Of a stretch of 64,000 bases of DNA, positions 18,961-30,763 are shown one piece after another. Each line of letters opens with the position of its first letter. Within the stretch, counting starts at the first letter, position 1. This DNA is from an uncultured Gemmatimonadota bacterium (lineage in GTDB: Bacteria > JAAXHH01): NCBI GenBank assembly GCA_951812955.1, contig OX638340.1:800001-864000 (forward strand), written 5' to 3'. Under the pieces are notes generated by a model that saw nothing but the letters and a program-made list of their open reading frames with translations, ran no database searches and was not told the DNA's origin. The position numbers were made by a program, and so were the translations under genes.

Positions 18961-21207
18961 CTATTTCAACATTTTCACGATTTCATCATGCCCGGCTTTC
19001 TGCGCACGCGCAAACGGCGTAGCCCATTCCGCGCCCCCGGCACTGGGATCCGCGCCTCGTCCAAGCAGGAACTCCACCATGTCCCGGTGCCCCCAGCGCG
19101 CAGCCCATCCAAGCGGCGTCGAGCACCACTCGTCATCGATGGCTTCAATGGCCGCGCCGCGATCCAGCAACAGGGCGGCCTTTTCCACGTCACCGATCGC
19201 GGCCAGCTTGTGCAGGTAGGTGACGCCGTGCCAGTTGGCGTTATTGGGATCAGCCCCGCTGTCAAAAAACAGGTTCAGCATGTCCAGGATATCGTCATGC
19301 GGTCGCAAGGCGGCTCCGTCCAGTTTCCAGCCCTTTCGCCGTCTGAAGGCGTATCCCATGTAGTTGTTGGCGTACCACGGACGGTTCAGTTCGGCGCCAG
19401 CGCGGATCAGCATTTCGATAATCTCCTTGCGGGCGAATCCGGCTGCCATGCAAAGCACCCCGTAGTCGCCTCCGTAATTGGCCAGTCCTGGGTCCGCGCC
19501 GAGCAGTTCTCCAACGACCGGAATGTTATCTCTTAAAACGTACAAACCAATATCTGCCGTTGCACCGTGCTGATAGAGCAGGTTGATCATTTCCTCATTT
19601 TTGTCCCGTCCCAGTGCCTGGGTCAATGGATTGCCGCTCGACTCCACCGGCGCATTCGGGTCGGCTCCGCGTTCCAGCAGGAGTTTTGCGGTCTCGAGGT
19701 GATCGCCGGCTACGGCTTCGTACAACGCGTGACCGCGAGGCGCGTTGTACTCTGGCGCGTTGGGATCGGCCCCTTGGTCCAGCAGAAGTCGAACGATATC
19801 GGTATACCCCTGCCCCGCCGCGCTGTAGAGGGGGGAGAACCCGCAGGAATCCTGGTCGCTGACCAGGTTGCTGTCCCGCGCGAGCAGTTCCCGTACTCGC
19901 CGTTCGTCCCCCAGGGCACACGCGACGGTCATGCTGTATTCCGCTCCCCTCGCGACCAGGTATCCAGTCAGCAGCGGATTGGTCCGCCCCTGGGTTTTGC
20001 GGGCTCGAAACACGGCCAGGTGAAGGGGTTTGCATCTATCCCACCTTACCGGATCCGGTTCGGCCCCCAAATCCAACAGCAGGGCCGTCATTCCCAGGTT
20101 GTATTCTTCCACGGCCACGTGCAGCGGCCGACTGCCGCGTTCGTCGCCGGCGTTAACCAATTCCGGCGAGGCATTAAAAAACGCACGGGCCTCTTCCAGA
20201 TCGCCCTCCCGAACGATCTCGCAGGCGCGCTGGCCTACAGGGGGCGCTTCGTACCTGTTTGAAATCGCCTCCGTCAACAGTCCGGCGATCTCGTCGTATC
20301 CGCGGTCCCGGGCCCGATCCAGCGGCGGCACGTGGTATTCGAGTCCCGATGCCGAGGCGGGATCCGCGCCATGGTCGAGCAACAGGCGTACTGCTTCCGC
20401 ATGCCCTTCCCTGACAGCGAAGTGGAGCGGCTGGTAGTAAGCCCAGTTGCAGTTCGCCAGCCCCGGCTCTTTAAGCAACAGATCCTGGATCCTGGCCAGG
20501 TCTCCTTCAACCGCGGCCAACAGCATGTCCCATACCCTATCTGGCTTGCCATCCATGAAAAGACCTTGCTCGTTCGTGAAATCGGGTCGAATCCATTTCA
20601 TAACTCGGTCTCCGAATGCATCGTCCGTCGACGGCGCGTAATGATTGAGGTCCTGGTAAAGGACGCGGAAAAGACGGGGTTTCAGTTTGTTGCGGGCTTC
20701 GTAGAGCCGCTTGCGTACCGTGCCCGCTTTCAAACCCATGAACCCCGCGATTTCAGTCGGGGAATAGTCTCCAATATACCTCAGCAGCGTTACTTCTCTT
20801 AACGTCTCCGGCAGTGCTTCGACCGCCTCGCGGACCTTGTCGCTCAGGTCTTCGCGCGTAACCCGGTCCAGGGGACTTTCCCCGGTGGCCTGTAGTTTGT
20901 CCTCCATGGGCACAAGTACGTGGTTCTGACTTCTCCGGTACCGATAGCACTGCCATTGCACGATGCGTCGCAGCCAGGCCGGAAACGCGTCCGGTTCACG
21001 CAGCGACCGGATGTTCTGCCACGCGGCGACAAACCCTTCCTGCGTGGCGTCCTCCGCCAGGTGGCGTTCACCCAGGAGGCTTAGCGCGTAACCGAAAGCC
21101 ATGTCCTGATAGTAAGCCACCAGCTTGCCGAAGGCGAATCCTCGATCTGAATCGGGTACCGTGGCGTCCGTGGAGGCCTGTATGCATTTTAAAATATCGT
21201 TGGTCAT
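18961..21207 (-). CDS. ECF (group IV) sigma-70 factor fused to a ~550-aa C-terminal ankyrin-repeat domain
   Basis: Region 2 (...FVAAWQNIRSLREPDAFPAWLRRIVQWQC...) and region 4 (LREVTLLRYIGDYSPTEIAGFMGLKAGTVRKRLYEARNKL), followed by many ANK repeats (..PLHFAVREGHAEAVRLLLDHGADP..). Start taken at ATG 21207 (MTNDILK). Confidence 0.8.
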   Translation of the reverse strand: MTNDILKCIQASTDATVPDSDRGFAFGKLVAYYQDMAFGYALSLLGERHLAEDATQEGFVAAWQNIRSLREPDAFPAWLRRIVQWQCYRYRRSQNHVLVPMEDKLQATGESPLDRVTREDLSDKVREAVEALPETLREVTLLRYIGDYSPTEIAGFMGLKAGTVRKRLYEARNKLKPRLFRVLYQDLNHYAPSTDDAFGDRVMKWIRPDFTNEQGLFMDGKPDRVWDMLLAAVEGDLARIQDLLLKEPGLANCNWAYYQPLHFAVREGHAEAVRLLLDHGADPASASGLEYHVPPLDRARDRGYDEIAGLLTEAISNRYEAPPVGQRACEIVREGDLEEARAFFNASPELVNAGDERGSRPLHVAVEEYNLGMTALLLDLGAEPDPVRWDRCKPLHLAVFRARKTQGRTNPLLTGYLVARGAEYSMTVACALGDERRVRELLARDSNLVSDQDSCGFSPLYSAAGQGYTDIVRLLLDQGADPNAPEYNAPRGHALYEAVAGDHLETAKLLLERGADPNAPVESSGNPLTQALGRDKNEEMINLLYQHGATADIGLYVLRDNIPVVGELLGADPGLANYGGDYGVLCMAAGFARKEIIEMLIRAGAELNRPWYANNYMGYAFRRRKGWKLDGAALRPHDDILDMLNLFFDSGADPNNANWHGVTYLHKLAAIGDVEKAALLLDRGAAIEAIDDEWCSTPLGWAARWGHRDMVEFLLGRGADPSAGGAEWATPFARAQKAGHDEIVKMLK

Positions 21208-21431
21208 CGTCTGCCGTTGGGTTTCACCTGCAGCATCATTAATTAGTGAAATTCGTATTAAACTAGTACCATAAATCCTACCAGACGTTACAAATAGTTG
21301 ATAGATTGACACCACATTTTACGATTTCCGGGAATCGAAGCCGATCAGGCGGGCTGAATGATCACGAATATGATGAGATGAACAAAAGTCAACCGTAGCA
21401 AGTCGTTTACGTTGAATGTGGGGATAGCGCT

Positions 21432-21803
21432 ATGACCGACCTGAAAGTAAGCGCGCTCAGGGTTTTTGTCCCATCTAAGGACCACGAAACTTCGACCCGG
21501 TTCTACGAGGACCTCGGATTCGAAGCGGTCTGGTCCGGCCATGGGGTGACTGAGCTGCGGATTGAAGGATTCAGCTTTTTCCTTCAGAACTACTATCAGA
21601 AGGAATGGGCGGATAACTTCATGATACAGTTAAGGGTATCGGACCTGGATGCGTGGTGGCGGCACATCGTGGATAAGGATCTCGTGGCGCGATATGAGGG
21701 CGTCCGTGCCGCGGAGCCCAGGGTCCAGCCGTGGGGGCTTCGCGAGATCAACCTGATCGATCCCGCCGGCGTACTGTGGCACATCGCCGAAGAGCGGGAC
21801 TGA
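21432..21803 (+). CDS. VOC-family protein (glyoxalase/bleomycin-resistance fold)
   Basis: 123 aa; LRVFVPSKDHETSTRFYEDLGFE ... REINLIDPAGVLWHI. Confidence 0.7.
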   Translation: MTDLKVSALRVFVPSKDHETSTRFYEDLGFEAVWSGHGVTELRIEGFSFFLQNYYQKEWADNFMIQLRVSDLDAWWRHIVDKDLVARYEGVRAAEPRVQPWGLREINLIDPAGVLWHIAEERD

Positions 21804-21822
21804 CCCGCTAAACTGACCCTGA

Positions 21823-22737
21823 TCAGGTCCCCCCGGAGCCGTAATCCGCCAGGAGGTAATGCACGGCCAGGTTGGTGAAGTTGCCCCAACGGTCCGCGAA
21901 TTCCCGGATTCGCTCCTCGGAAACCCGCTCTCCGTTGAAGTAATGCCGCTCGATGGAGCGCTTAACCGCCAGGTCGCCCGCGGCGATGACGTTGCCCCTC
22001 CCCACGTAACGGGCGAGAAACCAGTCCGCCGTCCAGCGGCCGATTCCCACCAGGGCCGTCAGCGCCCGTTGCACCGAAGCGTCGTCCATTTCCGCCAGTC
22101 CATCCAGGTCGACTTCGCCCGACTGGATCGCCTGCGCCAGGTTGATGATATACCGTTCCTTCTGCCTGGAAAACTGCAATGGAACCAGATCGCCCGGGTT
22201 CAGTTGCGCCAGCCGCCCGGGGGTCGGGAAGGCATAGTGGGTTTCGCCACCGAAATCCACGGACTCTCCAAACTCGGCGACTAGCCTTCCCCGTACCGTG
22301 TAGGCGAACCCGAGGTTGATCTGCTGGGCCGTGATGGAGGAAACGAGCATCTCGAAGGGATCTACCTGCAGGTTGGGTCGCAGGCCATGGTGTTTGTCGA
22401 CCGAGGCGGACAGGACAGGGTCCTTTGACGCGAATGCGTAGAATTCCGGTAGCGGGAAGGAAAGGCCGAGGATCTTTCCGGCCGCCCCGAGCGCCGTGTC
22501 GATCACCGAGGAATCCGCCTGTACAGCCGCATCCCTGTGCGTCAGACGCATATTGATCCGGTCACCCGATCGATACAGCGCGATCAGGCAAGACCCCTTC
22601 CCGGTTTCTATCACCTTGCTGAAGACACCATCCCGGAACCGGTTGGCGACGTCGCTGCCGTACCGCCGGTACCGATCGAGGGTGGCCTCGAAGTCGAGGA
22701 CCGTATCTTCATCTGCTACAGATAACTCTCCCGGCAT
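21823..22737 (-). CDS. alkA: DNA-3-methyladenine glycosylase II (AlkA-like, HhH-GPD superfamily)
   Basis: HhH-GPD region LTALVGIGRWTADWFLARYVGRGNVIAAGDLAV with the catalytic Asp; N-terminal AlkA-like domain. Confidence 0.7.
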   Translation of the reverse strand: MPGELSVADEDTVLDFEATLDRYRRYGSDVANRFRDGVFSKVIETGKGSCLIALYRSGDRINMRLTHRDAAVQADSSVIDTALGAAGKILGLSFPLPEFYAFASKDPVLSASVDKHHGLRPNLQVDPFEMLVSSITAQQINLGFAYTVRGRLVAEFGESVDFGGETHYAFPTPGRLAQLNPGDLVPLQFSRQKERYIINLAQAIQSGEVDLDGLAEMDDASVQRALTALVGIGRWTADWFLARYVGRGNVIAAGDLAVKRSIERHYFNGERVSEERIREFADRWGNFTNLAVHYLLADYGSGGT

Positions 22738-22853
22738 GATGGTCTGGTATTTCCCGACTCAACGAAGTCGACGCGGCCGTGCACGAACCGCACGAATCGT
22801 GTAGTCCGTGCGGTCTGAGCGGTCCGCAAGCTGCCTGATAAGACTTAATTCGA

Positions 22854-23207
22854 TCAGGATTCGTTTGGCTTCCAAAGACCGACGAAGGTGCCCTCGATAT
22901 CCGTTATCCACGCGAAATGCCCCATGCCCGGAACTTCGGTCGGCGGAACGATGGACGATCCGCCCAGTTCCTCGGCCTTCGCGATATACGCATCGAGATC
23001 GTCGACCTGTACATAGATCAGCGTATAGTTGTGCGGTTCATGGCCGAGCGCTGAAATGTGTCCGCTGATCCCCGAATCATCATCCGGCAGGATCATGGAA
23101 GCATGTTCATGGGATTCCATGTTCCACCCGAACAAACTGCCGTAGAAGGCCTGTGTCTCTTCCCGGTTCTTACAGCCGATCTCGAAGTGTACGACGGGGT
23201 TTGGCAT
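22854..23207 (-). CDS. VOC-family protein (glyoxalase fold)
   Basis: 117 aa; VVHFEIGCKNREETQAFYGSLFGW ... HFAWITDIEGTFVGLW. Confidence 0.7.
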   Translation of the reverse strand: MPNPVVHFEIGCKNREETQAFYGSLFGWNMESHEHASMILPDDDSGISGHISALGHEPHNYTLIYVQVDDLDAYIAKAEELGGSSIVPPTEVPGMGHFAWITDIEGTFVGLWKPNES

Positions 23208-23260
23208 GTTGATTCTCCCTGGGTTGTGGCGCGGGTACCTAGCGCGAGATTGAATACAAC

Positions 23261-23312
23261 GGTCAATACGTGGTGCTCAGCTCAGGTCAACACGTGGTGC
23301 TCAGGTCAATGG
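23261..23312. repeat. about 2.3 tandem copies of a ~24-bp unit GGTCAAYACGTGGTGCTCAG(CTCA), each containing CACGTG
   Basis: The repeat is read directly. It sits 54 bp upstream of the start of the VOC gene (23207, minus strand) and downstream of the ydeI-like stop. Confidence 0.5.
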
Positions 23313-23322
23313 TTGCGAAATA

Positions 23323-23913
23323 TCATCTGTACTTGTCGTGCAGGCCCTGTCCGGCCAGGATCATGGGCAGAATCTTCTCCAGACGCTTTTTTCTGGTCTC
23401 CTCACGTTTGGCCTCGGCGACATGCTCGGCGAATGCTCTCCGCTTTCCAGGGGAGAACGCTTCGAAGCGTTCGCGGAGGTCTTCGTTTTCGGCCAGGACG
23501 ACGGCTAATTCGTCAGGAATCTGGAGAGGCTTGTTACGGTCCGCCTTGATCTCCCGGCCCTGGCGCTGGTTCTCGATAGACTCTTCTACGTAGGACCGAA
23601 GCAGCCCTTCGTCGATTTCGTCCTCGGTCCGGATTCTCCACTGTCTCAGGGCCTTTGTCCTGCCTTCCTGGGCATTGACCAGCACACCTCGTTCGTCACG
23701 CAGCAGCGCGCCCTGGTGGAACCATATGCTGACGAAGTCCTTGAAGGCGGCCAGACCGATCAGGTTTTTACCCTGAAAGGTATAGCACGGCGCGCCCCAC
23801 TTGACGGTTTCTACGAGTTCCGATTCGGCCACCACGGTGCGTAACCGGTCCAGGACTGAGCGCCATTCGGCGTGCGCCTCCAGGTACTCGGGTACGGTCT
23901 TGAATCGTTTCAA
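23323..23913 (-). CDS. YdeI/OmpD-associated (DUF1801) family protein
   Basis: MKRFKTVPEYLEAHAEW...VKWGAPCYTFQGKNLIGLAAFKDFVSIWFHQGA is the DUF1801 pattern; C-terminal ...RAFAEHVAEAKREETRKKRLEKI is YdeI-like. Confidence 0.6.
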   Translation of the reverse strand: MKRFKTVPEYLEAHAEWRSVLDRLRTVVAESELVETVKWGAPCYTFQGKNLIGLAAFKDFVSIWFHQGALLRDERGVLVNAQEGRTKALRQWRIRTEDEIDEGLLRSYVEESIENQRQGREIKADRNKPLQIPDELAVVLAENEDLRERFEAFSPGKRRAFAEHVAEAKREETRKKRLEKILPMILAGQGLHDKYR

Positions 23914-23976
23914 ATGATGTCCTTTCGAAGACGGTCAGATTGTGGGCCGGTGCCGGTCCCAGTGCGTTGGGACAAT

Positions 23977-26488
23977 TTACCGGGGTCCTCGCACCGCCGT
24001 GGAATCTATCGCTTTAGAACCGGGCGTGGAGGCGCCGCCGAACAGACTGAGCCGGCCCGAGATCGCGGCTTCCACGTCCAGGTCGTAAACCTGGGAAATG
24101 GTGGTAACGATGGGACGGATCTGCTTTTCAATGTAATGACCGTAATCAACGGGCGCGTCAAGCTGGCCTTCCGGTTGAGGTCCGTCTCGCGTGATCACGT
24201 ACCGAATGACGCCGGTGGGATTGTCCATGAGTCTGGCGGCCTTTACGTGGGGCGGTACCGAGCGCGTGTAGAACTCCACCGGTTTTCGCAGGTTCTTTCT
24301 GTACACCAGCAGGTCGTCTTTTTGCCCGGACTGTACAGAGAGGACCCACCTGAAGATCTCGTCTTCGATCTCGACACCGGGCGATTCGTGAAATACCCGG
24401 TCGAGCAGGACGGCCTGCAGCTGGTGCGCCAGGTCGGTCCAGTCCCTTCGTACTGCTTCCATCCCGACGATTTCCACCCGGTCGCCATCGCGGTCGCGTC
24501 TGAGCCCCGCGTATCCCTTGGCCCGTCCCCGTTCGCTGTCCCCCCGCATGGATGGCAACAGAAACCGGTGGTAGTGCTTTTCCAGTTCCAGTTCGAGAAA
24601 AGAGGAAACGCCATACCGCTCCTTGACGTGCTCGGCAAGCCGTTCGTTGATACGATTGCACACCGCGCCACCGAGCCTAAGGGCTTCACCCGGATCGGCA
24701 AGGTCTGGCGCGTTCAGATCGACGAAAACCGAGTCGGTATCCCCATACAGCACCTTGTAGCCGTCTTTCTCCAGCTCGTCGCGACACCACCTTAGAATGT
24801 AGTGGCCGAACTCGGTGATTGCGCCGGCCAGCTGGGGCGCGGCGAATCGGCAGGAAGCCGACGCCAGCACGCCGTAGAACGAATTCATGACGATCTTGTA
24901 GGTGAAGGAAGCAAGGTCGTCGCCGCTGGCCTTGGCCTCCTCGCGGCTTTTAAAGAACTGCTCCAGCATGGAGGGCAGGATGCCGGGCGTTCGGGTGAAT
25001 CGCGCGCCGTTGGGCGCGGTAAGACAGTCATCTTCGTCCATCTCGTCCCGTGCCTCGATATGGGCCAGGGGATCGATGTTGAAGGTTCGTATGATGGACG
25101 GATAAAGGCTCTTGAAATCAAAGACGAATATGTTCCTGTACAGCCCTGCCTTCGACGGTATGATGAGCCCCCCCGGCGCGCCGGCGCCCGGGGTACGGTC
25201 CACGCCGGTTGTCGGCGCCACCATGCTGCGCTGATGCAGGGCGTTGATGTAGATATTGTCGAAGGCGGCCACGCTCACCCAGGCGCGTTCCAGTGGCAGG
25301 CCCGTGAGCAGTCCCCTGCGCAAGGTAAGGTTGATCAACCCTTCCGCTTCCAGGATATCCAGAACCAGCCGGGCATCCTCCAGGCAATAGGCGCAGAAGA
25401 GGTTACGGTCCTCGCGATAGACTTCCGTGATCTGCTCCGCCCTCGAATTCCCCGAATCCTCTTCGAGCAGCTTACCCCGGCCCAGGATGGCGTGGGCCAC
25501 CGTGCCCAGCCGGTAGTCATCGAACCTTTGCAGCGTGCCGCGCAGGAGATGCAGGGCATCCAGGATCTGGCGCCCGTGGATGACCATGGTGCTGCCGCCC
25601 CAAACTTCGCCGGACCGGTACCAGGACTGGTCCGCCGTCCGCCCGAGCTGAAAAGGCACGTTCAGGTCCCTGAAGCGCCGTTGCAGCACTTTCATATCGA
25701 AGTCGACCAGGTTCCATCCGGTGAGCAGGTCGGGATCCATTTCGAGCAACCTCGCCGACACACCGCGAAGCATCGACGCCTCGTCGGCCCAGCAGACCAG
25801 GGAGGCCGGGTCACCCGGAGCGGGTGCGCCCACCATGTGGATTTCTTCCGATTCGACGCCCGAGATCGTATCCGCGAGGATCAAGCCGACGGCGTAAATG
25901 GTGGTCGCTTTCGGATCCGTTTCTATGTCCAGAGCCAGTACGCGGAATGACGGCTCCCAGTAAGCAGGCTTCAGCGTAGGGTTGGCATACACTCGGTCGA
26001 CCCGGTCGCCGGGCGTCCAGGAACCGCTGATCCGGACGCCGCCGCGCAATCCAAGTCCGATCAGGAACTGTCTGCCGAAAGGCAGGTCGCCTTCGTAACT
26101 TCGCGTGCCCTGGGCCTCGAGCCCTTTGGCCAGGCCGCGCTGATCCCGTACGCGGTCGCACTGGACGCCGACCACCGGTTCGCCATCCATGGTTGTGTAT
26201 TCCGACGGGACTAACCGTGCCGTGACCTCGTTGGAACCGATCCGGTCGGATGCCGCCTGCGTTTCCGAGGTCCTGACGAAGAGTGCAGGAGAAACGCGAT
26301 CATCCGTAAACAGGAACGTATGACCACCCTGGAGCTTGCCGACGCCGCAGATGACGTCACGTCCGCGCTCCGTGCGATGAAAGACGTGGAGCAGGTAGCC
26401 TACGTCTCCTCCGCCATCCGGGGATTCGTGCTGATCCGCGGGGTCACTGGACGGAAGTGAGCGATCCCTGCCGGGGTTGTGTTCAGTT

Positions 26489-26502
<14 letters not shown>
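23977..26502 (-). CDS. polB: DNA polymerase II (family B, PolB)
   Basis: Exo motif LALDIETD; pol motifs [34 protein letters not shown]. Confidence 0.9.
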
Positions 26503-29446
<2,944 letters not shown>

Positions 29447-29476
29447 CCAGGTGACTCCGTAATACGTCTGGCACCT

Positions 29477-30481
29477 TCAGGGCCGGTAATGGTAGAAAGC
29501 GAGTTCTTCGTACTCCACGTTACTTTTAAGCGTCAGTCTGTGCGGGCTCGACACCCGGCTGATGATCTCTTTGTCCGCCAGCCATTCGCATACCGTCGTC
29601 ACGCCCCGGAGATTCATCTGGTTATCGAAGTATGTTTCGATTTCCGTGACCGAGCGGACCGAACCCTCCTCCGCCAGGTAATCGAGTATGGGCTGGAACA
29701 TTACAGGAATGCGCTCTTCCAGGTACGCCTCGATGCGCGTGAGGGCGCCGGCGATCGCTTCGCTGGAAACAGGCTGGTCGATCAGGCGGGTGTATACGGC
29801 ATCGAAAAAGTCCGGATTCAACCGAAGCGCCTGTTGGATGACTTCACGGCTGGCCAGTTGACTGTCGAGAAACACCTCAATCTTTGCCAGTCCGTTCACA
29901 CAGTGCAATATGTAAAGGAAACTGTAGTGAAGATCCTCCTTCACGTGAAACCACTTCTCGGCTTTGTACAGGGTAGGTATCACGAAAGCGCCGGCATGCA
30001 TGAGCTGCACCTGCCGGTCTCTCTCCTTAAGTTCCCCGATACCCTCGTACAGTTCGCGAATGGTTTCGTCCCGGGTAAACAGCAGGCGGCTTTCCGCGAA
30101 CGAGGCATGCATGAAGGAGCTTTGCAGGCCCCCTTCTATCATTTTCCTGAACGCGGAACGGGGCTGCATGAACACGTGAATGTATACGTCGTGTTCCAGG
30201 AGTGCCGCGCCTTCCGAGACCTCGTCGTCGTCCCTGCCTTCCTTGCGAAAAAGGTCCTTGTCGTCTCGTGTTACGACGATCAGGTCGATATCGGATTTCT
30301 CCCAGACACGGTCGGCGGAAAGGCTACCGAACAGAATCGCCGCAAGCACGTGGCGGTCCTGTTTCGCCTTCGCGACAAAGGCGTCGAGAGCTGCCTCGAA
30401 CCGCTGCTGTATAGACTGTGATGTGTTTTCCATCGAGGTATCCCGCCAGCCGAACAATTCTACCGCCCGGCCGTTTGACAT
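29477..30481 (-). CDS. nucleotidyltransferase-fold (Pol-beta superfamily; ANT/KNTase-like) protein
   Basis: GS...D.D NTase motif AAILFGSLSADRVWEKSDIDLIVV, followed by a ~200-aa helical C-terminal domain. Ends 30 nt upstream of uvrA on the same strand. Start is 30481 or 30433. Confidence 0.5.
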   Translation of the reverse strand: MSNGRAVELFGWRDTSMENTSQSIQQRFEAALDAFVAKAKQDRHVLAAILFGSLSADRVWEKSDIDLIVVTRDDKDLFRKEGRDDDEVSEGAALLEHDVYIHVFMQPRSAFRKMIEGGLQSSFMHASFAESRLLFTRDETIRELYEGIGELKERDRQVQLMHAGAFVIPTLYKAEKWFHVKEDLHYSFLYILHCVNGLAKIEVFLDSQLASREVIQQALRLNPDFFDAVYTRLIDQPVSSEAIAGALTRIEAYLEERIPVMFQPILDYLAEEGSVRSVTEIETYFDNQMNLRGVTTVCEWLADKEIISRVSSPHRLTLKSNVEYEELAFYHYRP

Positions 30482-30763
30482 GAGCGGTTAAATTAACCAT
30501 TTGGACGTGACGGGTCAACGCGCAAATACCTTGCTGAACGCCCTGCACGCCTCGGTTGGAGGCATGTCGACCGGGTTCAGTCCGTATCGAATTTGACGCC
30601 CGGTTCCGGCCGCTGTGTGCTACCGCAAGGTGGTTTCAGACCCCGATATTCCTTGAATTGCTCCACTAGATCGATCAAAATGGGTATAGATTCCCGATCC
30701 GATTCCTTGGCCGTGTCATTTCCGGACAAGTAGCCTGAGGTACCGAACCGTGAGGATGGTTCC

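Noticed and set aside
19567-20262. Large overlapping alternative-frame ORFs (for example 19567-20262, 23872-24795, 24802-25950 and 28037-28648)
   Set aside because: They are shadow ORFs inside well-supported genes (ECF-ANK, polB, uvrA). Their translations are Arg/Pro/Gly-rich low-complexity sequence, typical of non-coding frames in GC-rich DNA.
21321-21350. tRNA-like T-arm (GGCTTCGATTCCC on minus strand)
   Set aside because: I could not build a complete cloverleaf (acceptor, D and anticodon arms) around it. It is likely a chance match.
23261-23312. Possible CRISPR array
   Set aside because: There are only about 2.3 directly adjacent repeat units with no unique spacers. This does not fit CRISPR architecture.
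30738-30757. GAACC-N8-GGTTC inverted repeat as a Cheo-type LexA box upstream of the DNA-repair operon
   Set aside because: The spacing (N8-N10) does not match the GAAC-N4-GTTC consensus, and it overlaps the start of the trHb-ANK gene. It was noted only as a weak candidate.
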